From: a virus
Taxonomy: Duplodnaviria; Caudoviricetes
Virus record (IMG/VR): IMGVR_UViG_3300030392_000027
Span: 1-24,713 of that record
DNA length: 24,713 nucleotides
Reading direction: 5' to 3' (one strand)
In this document: one piece after another, positions 16,741 to 24,713 of the stretch
How positions within the stretch are numbered: the first letter of the stretch is position 1
How the letters are laid out: every line of letters begins with the position of its first letter
Notes under the pieces: generated by a model
What the model was told of the DNA's origin: nothing
Seen by the model: only the letters and a program-made list of their open reading frames with translations
The model's database searches: none
Made by a program: the position numbers and the translations under genes

Positions 16741-16743
16741 GAT

Positions 16744-17484
16744 ATGTCTTTTAATCCAGTTCAAGGTGGTCGATATGGTTTTGAAAAAATAACCACGTCT
16801 GACCAACGACAAGTTCTCGGTGCAGAAATGGCGTTCCCTGATGGCAGAAAGTTTCGTTACGTAGCTAACGGAGGAACTGCAGTTGCAGAAGGTCTGGCTG
16901 TAGCTTCAGAAGCTCCAGCAGGTAATCATGATGAAGACTTGGTAATTACAACTAGTCCTGCAGTAGGTGCCACTACTATTGGTATTACATTGGGTGCTAC
17001 AGCAGCAGCTAAAAATTTGTATGCAGAAGGATACTTATTCTTTAACTTAGCTAGTACTACTCCACATGAAATGTACAAAATTAAATCTCATCCTTTAATT
17101 GCATCTACTGGTACTGGAACATTTACAATAGATGAACCTGATGGATTTCAGACTGCAATAACTGCAGGTACTGATGCAGCAGGTCTTATCAAGAGTCCAT
17201 ATAAGGACATTGTTGTTGCTCCTGCTGCTGTTGCAGGTAGATTTGTTGGTGTAACTGCTGCTGACCTAGAAGCTGACTATTATGGTTGGGTTCAGGTAGC
17301 AGGTTTAGCTACTGCTAAAATTGATGGTACTCCAGCAGTTGGTACATTAGTAGGTGCAAGCTCAAACCACGCAGGTCAACTACTTGCTGTTGCTGCTGAC
17401 ACTACTCCTGCTCTTGGACGACTACATGGTAAAGCTGGTGTGGACAATGAGTTCCATACTGTAATGTTAATGAATCTATATTAA
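16744..17484 (+). CDS. Putative capsid decoration/cement (minor capsid) protein
   Basis: Ala/Gly/Thr-rich; DGRKFRYV and YYGWVQVAG motifs typical of proteins following the capsid gene; AGGAGGT SD. Confidence 0.65.
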   Translation: MSFNPVQGGRYGFEKITTSDQRQVLGAEMAFPDGRKFRYVANGGTAVAEGLAVASEAPAGNHDEDLVITTSPAVGATTIGITLGATAAAKNLYAEGYLFFNLASTTPHEMYKIKSHPLIASTGTGTFTIDEPDGFQTAITAGTDAAGLIKSPYKDIVVAPAAVAGRFVGVTAADLEADYYGWVQVAGLATAKIDGTPAVGTLVGASSNHAGQLLAVAADTTPALGRLHGKAGVDNEFHTVMLMNLY

Positions 17485-17485
17485 A

Positions 17486-17848
17486 TTGGATTCTGTTAAA
17501 CTTTGGACACCTCAAGGTTCTACGTATGTAGGCGGCAATACTGCTGGCTATAACGGAAAAACTGGGGTGTCCATTGTTGTGCATACGTTTCAATTTAATG
17601 ACCCAGAAACAGGTCGAGGTCAGGTAGTTAAGATTCCTGCTGACCCTAGTATTTCTAAAGCTCATATAGAAGATATGGCAGCTCAAGCACTTGAAAACTT
17701 TTTAATCGAGTGTAGAGTTAAAGACAAAAAGAAACCTATTACTTCTGAGCAAAAGAAACAAATAGGTAAGCAGATAAAAGAATTTAAAGAATACGCAGAG
17801 AAACGTAGAGAGAGTACAAACAATAGAATATATTATAAAGGAATATAA
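17486..17848 (+). CDS. Hypothetical protein (120 aa)
   Basis: Fills the gap in the operon; TTG start uncertain. Confidence 0.65.
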   Translation: MDSVKLWTPQGSTYVGGNTAGYNGKTGVSIVVHTFQFNDPETGRGQVVKIPADPSISKAHIEDMAAQALENFLIECRVKDKKKPITSEQKKQIGKQIKEFKEYAEKRRESTNNRIYYKGI

Positions 17849-18049
17849 ATGGTCATTGAAAATCAGGCAGATAATGATTTTAATTTAACAACTGAAGATA
17901 TTAATGCAGCGTTTCAAGCTCATCCACAAGCTGCACAAACAGCACAAATAAATTTGTTAAGAAGATTACTTAACAATAAAGATGAGCAAATAGCTAATTT
18001 AAAAACAGAGATGGACAACTTGTTAGCTAAAGGAATTTCTGATAAATGA
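17849..18049 (+). CDS. Small coiled-coil protein (66 aa)
   Basis: AAGGA SD, TAAATG coupling, heptad pattern. Confidence 0.7.
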   Translation: MVIENQADNDFNLTTEDINAAFQAHPQAAQTAQINLLRRLLNNKDEQIANLKTEMDNLLAKGISDK

Positions 18050-18058
18050 GGTTAAGAT

Positions 18059-19345
18059 ATGCCTGTACAGGGAAGAACGAGAAAACAACTTAGACAGTCT
18101 ATAGGTTTTAATCTAGGGGCATTAAAAACTGGTACTGCTTATGATGCAGGTTCAACAACTACATTAATAGATACTAACCTTATCGGTGGTGATGATACTT
18201 ATAACGGTAGGTGGATTATAGTTTCTGATACTAGTGATTCTAGTAATGTTGAAACTAGGCTTGTTAGTGACTATACAGCATCAGCTTACAGGTTAACATT
18301 ACAGCAAGCATTATCTTTTGCTACGGCTGCTGGTGATACATACGAAATATATAATGAACCATATGACCCTGAGATTATTAATGATTTTATTAATCAAGCT
18401 GTTGTAGACGTAACAGGTCAGGCATATGACCCAATAGAATATCCTGATATGTCTAGTTCTCCACACACAGCTTTGTTTGGAGATGGAAGAACTTTAAGGT
18501 TTGATATTCCCAGTAACATCTCAATTATTAATCGTATTTATTATAGAAGTGCTGTTACTTCTACTATCTTACACAGTTGTAATTCTGCATTTGATGAAAC
18601 TATTGACTCAGACTTTACAGTAACAGTAGATACAGAAGATAAAAAACAAGGCACAGGTTGTAACAAGTTTGTTATTGCTGCTGGTGCTAGTGCTGGAGAC
18701 ATAGCAACTGACTCAATAGTTAGTAAAAATATTAGTAAATATGATTACTTAGAATGTTGGGTTAAAAGTACAGTTGCTACTTCTGCTGGTAACTTAAAGA
18801 TATTACTTGACGATTCTGCTTCGTGTGCGTCTCCATTAGAGACGTTATCTGTTCCAGCCTTATCAGCAGACACATGGACTTATGTACGCATCTTTTTGGC
18901 TAACCCAGAACTTGATACAGCAATTATATCTATAGGATTAGAATATGATTCTGACTTAGGTGCGTGTCAAATACGATTAGATGATATTAAAGTAGTTAAA
19001 AACGATACTGCTGTATTTCAAATATTTCCTAAACATTTATGGAAGATAGACAGAAGTGCTAGAGATTTAATTTTAAATGATGGTGCTGAATCAGAAGTTG
19101 GTTACAGTATGATAAAGCTATCAGGTGGAGACAAGCCTGCATTGCTAACTACTGATACATCTACAACTGAAATAGACGATTCATATATTATAGCTAGAGC
19201 TACAGGATTAGCGTTTGCTGCAGCATCAGGTGGTCCAAGTACAGACCCAGACGCTTTACGACAAGCAGCAGCTTTCTGGTTTGGATTAGCAGAACAAGCT
19301 AAACGTGCGTTCCCATTATTAATAACAGGTAGAGCAGTTGAATAA
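18059..19345 (+). CDS. Putative head-tail adaptor (tail tubular A-like) with inserted beta-sandwich domain(s)
   Basis: N-terminal TRKQLRQSIG, INDFINQAV, C-terminal helical YIIARATGLAF; internal jelly-roll-like ISKYDYLECWVKS..WTYVRI..IRLDDIKV; synteny. Confidence 0.6.
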   Translation: MPVQGRTRKQLRQSIGFNLGALKTGTAYDAGSTTTLIDTNLIGGDDTYNGRWIIVSDTSDSSNVETRLVSDYTASAYRLTLQQALSFATAAGDTYEIYNEPYDPEIINDFINQAVVDVTGQAYDPIEYPDMSSSPHTALFGDGRTLRFDIPSNISIINRIYYRSAVTSTILHSCNSAFDETIDSDFTVTVDTEDKKQGTGCNKFVIAAGASAGDIATDSIVSKNISKYDYLECWVKSTVATSAGNLKILLDDSASCASPLETLSVPALSADTWTYVRIFLANPELDTAIISIGLEYDSDLGACQIRLDDIKVVKNDTAVFQIFPKHLWKIDRSARDLILNDGAESEVGYSMIKLSGGDKPALLTTDTSTTEIDDSYIIARATGLAFAAASGGPSTDPDALRQAAAFWFGLAEQAKRAFPLLITGRAVE

Positions 19346-21282
19346 TGGTAAGCAAAGTTTTAGATAAAAACGAAATATACCTTAACGGTACATATTTTCC
19401 TTTAACTAGACCTGTACAAAGCACATTAGCTTCTTTGTATCCACCAAAGGTTACTATTGGGGATACAACCAGAGACTCACAAACAAGAGCATCTGTTATA
19501 TCCTGGTCTGATTGGCGTGGTGGTATAGGCGTAGAACGTATGCAAGGACCTGCAGATGCAGACAAGGCTTGGTATTCTACATTACAACTAAGATATAGAA
19601 GACATTTAGTATTACCTGCATTAGCTACAGAGACAAGAGCACAGCTATCAGATGCTACTGCTGTTAGTGGTGCTATTACTTTTATAGCTGAAAAAGGAAG
19701 TGATTTATATGTAGGGTTTGATAAAAGACCTTATGTATATTCAGAAGGTGGACAATCTCATGGAGCAGATTTTCTTACACAATTAACTAATAGTGGTAGT
19801 GCTTATAGTTTTCCAGATACGCCAACAGATTCCATAACTATTAGTATGGCAGGTACAGATTATATAGTCGTTGCTCATACAGGTGGATATAGTTATTACT
19901 CTGCTAATACCACAGTTACAGACAAAACAACTGATGCTAAATTTCTTACATCTTGGGATGACAGATTGTGGGGAATAGATTCTGGTGGTCAGCTTTGGTA
20001 CACACTTACTATTGGTGGTACACCTGTTAATGATGCGTTACTACCTGTACAAGATGGATTTGTTACAGATTTATTTGTAGGTAGAGATTCTACGGGAACC
20101 CAAATTATATATGCAGCTACTAAAGTAGGCTTGTATGCACACGATATGGCTAACGGAAGATTTGTTGAAACACAATTTCAATTACCTTTCCATGAATTTA
20201 ATGGTGTAGGGACTGTTAGATGGCGTGACGCAATATACAATCCTAGTGGTTTAGGCATATATAAATATATTAATGGTAATAACAATGCAGTCGTAACAGT
20301 AATGGGTCCAGATAGAGATGATGGATTGCCTGCAATACAACGAGGAACAATTAAAAAACTAGTAGGTACACACACAGAATTGTTAGCTGCAATAGACGCA
20401 ACTACTGCTCCAGCAGCACAAGCTAGTACAGACTGGTCTTTTCATGTTCCTGTTGGGCAAGGAAGCCGAACAGCAGTTATAGATGCTTCTACTGGACATT
20501 CATCAATCATAGGTTGGAATGATGTTGGGTGGGAAACTAAATGGTCTGCTACTACATCTGCAGCAGCTAAAGCTGTTAAGCATATGTTAGTAACTAATGC
20601 AGGTAAAGGTGACTACAGATTATGGTGGGGATTTAACGGTAAACTATGGAATCAATCTGTTCCATTTGATGTTCTTAATCCTTCACAGTTATCTAGGTTT
20701 GAGTATGATACAAGTGGTTATTTAGAAACACCTTGGTTTGATGCACAACAATCTGAAGTAGATAAGTTAGCATTACAACTAAAAGTAGAAGTACAAGATG
20801 CTTCTAGTACCGAAACTGTAGCTGTACAGTATGCTCTTGATTATTCAGAAGACTATACAAGCATGGGAACAATAACTAGTAACGGCACTACTAGTTATAC
20901 ATTTGGTTCTAACTTAGGAACTACATTTAGAGCTATAAAGTTTAAGATAACATTGGCTAGAGAAGCAGGTACAACTATAACAATTATGAAAAAATCTCCT
21001 GATGTGGTATCTCTTACTCTTGAATACAGAAAGAAATTAGCTGCTAAGTATGGTCATGCTGTAGAAGTAAACTTAAATGAAACTTACAAAGGTAAAGATG
21101 CTAAACAATTAAGAGCTGCATTGGTATCAGCTATAGAATCAAATACGTTAGTTGAATTTACATTTAGAGATGATAGTGGGGGTACACGTAACTATTACGT
21201 AGACGTAACCTCTGCAACAGGAATTGAATATACAGGACATGATGAACGAGGTTCATCAAGGATTACATTGGTAGAGCCATGA
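19345..21282 (+). CDS. Putative tail nozzle (tail tubular B / P22 gp10-like beta-propeller)
   Basis: 645 aa beta-rich; SDWRGGIG, WDDRLW, GYLETPWFD, FRAIKFKITL; follows the adaptor. Confidence 0.65.
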   Translation: MVSKVLDKNEIYLNGTYFPLTRPVQSTLASLYPPKVTIGDTTRDSQTRASVISWSDWRGGIGVERMQGPADADKAWYSTLQLRYRRHLVLPALATETRAQLSDATAVSGAITFIAEKGSDLYVGFDKRPYVYSEGGQSHGADFLTQLTNSGSAYSFPDTPTDSITISMAGTDYIVVAHTGGYSYYSANTTVTDKTTDAKFLTSWDDRLWGIDSGGQLWYTLTIGGTPVNDALLPVQDGFVTDLFVGRDSTGTQIIYAATKVGLYAHDMANGRFVETQFQLPFHEFNGVGTVRWRDAIYNPSGLGIYKYINGNNNAVVTVMGPDRDDGLPAIQRGTIKKLVGTHTELLAAIDATTAPAAQASTDWSFHVPVGQGSRTAVIDASTGHSSIIGWNDVGWETKWSATTSAAAKAVKHMLVTNAGKGDYRLWWGFNGKLWNQSVPFDVLNPSQLSRFEYDTSGYLETPWFDAQQSEVDKLALQLKVEVQDASSTETVAVQYALDYSEDYTSMGTITSNGTTSYTFGSNLGTTFRAIKFKITLAREAGTTITIMKKSPDVVSLTLEYRKKLAAKYGHAVEVNLNETYKGKDAKQLRAALVSAIESNTLVEFTFRDDSGGTRNYYVDVTSATGIEYTGHDERGSSRITLVEP

Positions 21283-21572
21283 TACTTAATTCAGGAACAA
21301 CAACTGTGGCTACGTCAGGTACGGAGCAACAATTATCTAACACAACTAATAAAGTTAGGTGGATAAAATTAAAAGCTCTTGCTGCAAACTCTGGCATTTC
21401 TTATTTTGGAGATAGTGGAATAACTACATCTAATGGGTATGAATTATCTGCAGGTAATACTTTAGAGATAAACTTTGCAGATGTAGGTGGAACAGTTATT
21501 TTTAGTTCTTTGTATGTTGATGTTGCTTCTAGTGGTGACAAAGTATCTTGGGTAGTTCTATTGGATGGCTAA
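21279..21572 (+). CDS. Small beta-rich virion protein (97 aa)
   Basis: ATGA overlap; LKALAANSGISYFG..NGYELSAG pattern seen in tail-region proteins. Confidence 0.7.
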   Translation: MILNSGTTTVATSGTEQQLSNTTNKVRWIKLKALAANSGISYFGDSGITTSNGYELSAGNTLEINFADVGGTVIFSSLYVDVASSGDKVSWVVLLDG

Positions 21573-21967
21573 TGACTACACAAAGTTCTTTAACAATACC
21601 ACCAGATAATTGGACAGGTTCTAAACCTGAATGGATGTTTTACGCATCTTTAATAGAACTAGGATACGAACCTGGTGAAGACTTTACTTACCAGTCACCG
21701 TTGATGGGTGGCAGATTAGATAAAGGTGGTTTAATAATAGACTTTATGTTTTATAATCCACCTAATTTAGCTGTTAACGTACAAGGTGTATACTATCACT
21801 ATGAATTAGGGTCAGAAACTAAAGCTAGAGATATATTTGCAAGACAGGCTTTAGCAGGACAGGGGACAACATTGATATTTGTAGACGAAGATGATTTAGA
21901 ACAAGACCCTTTAGGGGTCACAAGAGACGCTATCAACTTTAGAGATAGGTCAAGACTAGGAGGATAA
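21572..21967 (+). CDS. Vsr/DUF559-like PD-(D/E)XK-fold protein
   Basis: SKPE..L...G..F.YQ..IDF..LAVNVQGVYYH..RD..L..QG..LIFV pattern; ATG 21572 (TAATG overlap) preferred to the track start at 21548. Confidence 0.7.
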   Translation: MTTQSSLTIPPDNWTGSKPEWMFYASLIELGYEPGEDFTYQSPLMGGRLDKGGLIIDFMFYNPPNLAVNVQGVYYHYELGSETKARDIFARQALAGQGTTLIFVDEDDLEQDPLGVTRDAINFRDRSRLGG

Positions 21968-21969
21968 TA

Positions 21970-23499
21970 GTGGCAGCTCCAACTATAAACTTTGCAGGTT
22001 TTGTTTTTGATGACGTAGGAGATGCTGTCTCTGGTGCAGTCGTTCATATATATAACAAAAACGCAACAGACACAGCTAGAGAAGCCTCTAGCATAACAAC
22101 TAACTCTGATGGTTATTGGAGTTATGCTCACGCTACACCAGGTGAGTTTGACGTAGAGGTTGTTAGTGGGGCTTCTAAAAGACGATTTAAATTTGACGAT
22201 AAAATTCATTTAACTGAAATAGATGTAGAAGCATTAAGTATTCGGGGTAACGAAGGAGCAATTGCTCCTCTTTATTTTTATGCTGACCAAGGGGATGATG
22301 CAAGTGACCAATGGAGAATAGACGCTGGAACTGATGGCGTACTTGCTATAGGTAATGACGCTGCATCACAAGGAACGTTTGTTGACCATATAACATTTAC
22401 ACCACATGCAACTGTAGCTAGTTCAACAGTAGCATTTAAAGGTGGAGTTACAGTAGCAGGTGATTTAACTATTACTGGTGATGACTTAGTTATGGGAACT
22501 AACACAAGTGGTCATGTTCTTGTAGGTGATGGCACAAACTATAATCCTGTAGCAGTTAGTGGCGACATAACAATAGCTGCAAATGGAGCAGTAACAATAG
22601 CAAACAATGCTGTAGAAACAGCTATGATAAATGCTGATGCAGTTACAGCTGCTAAGTTAGCTGATGATGCAGTCGTAACTGCTAACATAACTGATGCTAA
22701 TGTAACTCTTGCAAAGATAGCTAACTCTGCAGCTAATACTGTTATTGTTAGAGATGCAAACAGTTCTGGAGTTCTTTCATCAAAAGCAGTTACTAACACA
22801 CAAATTCTTATAGGTGATGGAACAGGGTTTACTGCAGCTGCATTGTCAGGTGACGCTACTATGACTAACGCAGGAGTTGTTGCTATAGCATCTGGAGTTA
22901 TAGTTGATGCAGATGTAAATGCTAGTGCAGCTATATCAATTTCTAAGACTGCACTTGTAGCAGGGACAAACATTACCCTATCAACAAACACTTTAGCTGT
23001 TGATGACGCATTTATAAAGAATGATGCAGACGATACTACTTCAGGAATAGTTACTGTAGGTGGAATTGTTTTATCTGAAGCCAAACATGTAAATATTAGT
23101 ACTCCATTACTGGGAACTACTGACCATACATTTACAGGAACAACAGCACAAATGTTAGCAGGTGGAGCAATATCTGCATTTGATTTAGTTTGTATTCATA
23201 CAACAACATCAGAAGTAGTTGAAGCTGACGCTAGTGCGTATGCTACTGCTAGAGTAATTGGTATTGCTCCTGCAGCAATTAGCGATACTGCTACTGGAAC
23301 TATATTACTACATGGTTTTATTCGTGATGACACTTACAACTGGACTACAGGGGCAACTCTTTACCTATCAGAAACAGCAGGAGCTTTAACTGAAACTGCT
23401 CCTACTACAGACGGGGCTTTCGTTCAGGCTGTAGGTATAGCACTAAGCCCAGATGTGGTCTACATAAACCCTAGTATGGATGTTATAGAGCACGCATAA
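21970..23499 (+). CDS. Tail fibre / structural fibre protein (509 aa)
   Basis: N-terminal beta-sandwich-like segment, AVTxAKxADxAV repeats, duplicated LxGDGT..xSGDxTxxxxGxVxIA unit, C-terminal GATLYLSETAGALTETAP module; GTG start with AGGAGG. Confidence 0.75.
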   Translation: MAAPTINFAGFVFDDVGDAVSGAVVHIYNKNATDTAREASSITTNSDGYWSYAHATPGEFDVEVVSGASKRRFKFDDKIHLTEIDVEALSIRGNEGAIAPLYFYADQGDDASDQWRIDAGTDGVLAIGNDAASQGTFVDHITFTPHATVASSTVAFKGGVTVAGDLTITGDDLVMGTNTSGHVLVGDGTNYNPVAVSGDITIAANGAVTIANNAVETAMINADAVTAAKLADDAVVTANITDANVTLAKIANSAANTVIVRDANSSGVLSSKAVTNTQILIGDGTGFTAAALSGDATMTNAGVVAIASGVIVDADVNASAAISISKTALVAGTNITLSTNTLAVDDAFIKNDADDTTSGIVTVGGIVLSEAKHVNISTPLLGTTDHTFTGTTAQMLAGGAISAFDLVCIHTTTSEVVEADASAYATARVIGIAPAAISDTATGTILLHGFIRDDTYNWTTGATLYLSETAGALTETAPTTDGAFVQAVGIALSPDVVYINPSMDVIEHA

Positions 23500-24497
23500 T
23501 GGCTAATGAAATAGAAAAAGTTAATACGATAGCAATAGGTGATATTGAAAAGTTAAACACTATAACTGAAGCTAACATAGCAAAGTACAACACTTTTGAA
23601 ATGAGTTCTGTAAACGCATGGCAAGGTGACCGAGGAGTATTTGGTGGTGGCTATACAGGAAGTGCGTATGTAAATGTAATGGATTATGTGTCTATTGCAA
23701 GTCTTAACAACGCACAAGACTTTGGTGACCTTAGTAACACAATGTGGTACTGTCGTGCTGAGTCGAGTGGTGCGGGTGGTCGTATTGTTTTTTACGGAGG
23801 ACATGATGGCAGTAGTGATATAGCTCAGATAGATTACATTACTACTGCTAGTACTGGGAACGCTCAAGATTTTGGAGACACTCATGCAACTGGGTCTGCT
23901 CATGGAGCAAGTTCAAATGGGACTAGAGGAGTGTTCTCTAATGGTGTCGGTGGAAGAAATGGAGGCGATTCTACAGCATATGGATATATAACTTTTGCAT
24001 CAACTGGGAATGCTTCTACTGGGGGCAACCTACATGCAGGGGCTAACTTAGGTAGTTGTGGAAATAGCTCACGAGCTTTATTTGCGGGTGGTGCAAATAG
24101 TGGTGGTATCATAAACACAGTAGAGTATTTCAACATAACATCAACTGATGATGGTACAGATTTTGGTGACCTTACAAGTGTAAGGAGTGCCTTTGACATA
24201 GCTACAAATGGAACTAAAGCTGTCGTTGTTGGTGGACAAAATGCTTCTGCTACATTAGATACTATGGACAACATGACAATAGCATCAACAGGGGATGCTA
24301 CTGATGGGGGTGACCTTTCTTCTATTCGGAACAGAACTTCTACAGTAGACAACGACTCAAGTTCTGTGTTCTGGGGAACTACATCTGTTCATAATACTGG
24401 ACAGTTAGATACCCTGAATATAGCCAATAACTCTACAGCAGACTCATCATATGACAGGTTTGCAGCAGCAGGTGGCGGAGGAGCTTCAGGGTCATGA
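23499..24497 (+). CDS. Repeat (Kelch-like beta-propeller) virion protein, possible receptor-binding protein
   Basis: About six ~48-aa repeats of 'xDYxTIASTGNAxDFGDL'; N-terminal IEKxNTI tandem repeat. Confidence 0.75.
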   Translation: MANEIEKVNTIAIGDIEKLNTITEANIAKYNTFEMSSVNAWQGDRGVFGGGYTGSAYVNVMDYVSIASLNNAQDFGDLSNTMWYCRAESSGAGGRIVFYGGHDGSSDIAQIDYITTASTGNAQDFGDTHATGSAHGASSNGTRGVFSNGVGGRNGGDSTAYGYITFASTGNASTGGNLHAGANLGSCGNSSRALFAGGANSGGIINTVEYFNITSTDDGTDFGDLTSVRSAFDIATNGTKAVVVGGQNASATLDTMDNMTIASTGDATDGGDLSSIRNRTSTVDNDSSSVFWGTTSVHNTGQLDTLNIANNSTADSSYDRFAAAGGGGASGS

Positions 24498-24713
24498 ATG
24501 CATTAGCACAAATAGAACAAAGTTTGTTGGGAATGTCGAAGCATTTCTCAACTATGACTTCTGCAAAGATTTCCAAGATTTTTGGGGAGAAGATGATTCC
24601 CGTTGAACGTGCAAACAAAACACTTGGCAGACGTAACACTCAGCACACAAACCAGTTAATGACACTTACTATGTTGACCATGAGTCCTTACCGACAGATG
24701 CGTCAATGTCTTT
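24494..24713 (+). CDS. Hypothetical protein, truncated by the window end (MNALAQIEQ...SPYRQMRQCL)
   Basis: ATGA overlap with the upstream stop, GGAGG SD, 73 open codons to the edge; not in the ORF track. Confidence 0.75.
   Translation, partial: MNALAQIEQSLLGMSKHFSTMTSAKISKIFGEKMIPVERANKTLGRRNTQHTNQLMTLTMLTMSPYRQMRQCL

Noticed and set aside
2009-24639. Many minus-strand ORFs antisense to operon genes (e.g. 2340-2600, 11565-12053, 15350-15712, 22539-23084, 23900-24352)
   Set aside because: They overlap well-supported plus-strand genes and are shadow frames caused by codon bias.
1-24713. Host assignment, tRNA genes, integrase, lysis genes or an alternative genetic code
   Set aside because: No tRNA cloverleaf or such genes recognised; ORFs are intact under code 11 with all three stops used; host cannot be determined from this window.

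Overview
This is an AT-rich segment of a tailed dsDNA phage (Caudoviricetes, podovirus-like), probably environmental and uncultured. One leftward hypothetical gene is separated by a ~1.4 kb non-coding region (453-1849) from a tightly coupled rightward morphogenesis operon. The operon order is Zn-ribbon protein, two small basic proteins, terS, terL, portal, three putative internal/ejection proteins (one of 1752 aa), scaffold, major capsid, Zn-finger protein, decoration protein, adaptor, nozzle, Vsr/DUF559-like protein, tail fibre, beta-propeller protein and a truncated last ORF. The most interesting signals are non-coding. (i) An apparent tandem set of three minus-strand small RNA units lies upstream of the operon, each with its own promoter-like element and fold, and one has an anti-Shine-Dalgarno loop. 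(ii) A clean H-type pseudoknot lies upstream of the decoration gene. (iii) A 17-nt direct repeat straddles the scaffold stop codon and allows alternative RNA folds. The large terminase also has atypical catalytic motifs, and GATC appears absent. All protein assignments come from motifs, size and synteny read by eye; no database search or folding program was run.
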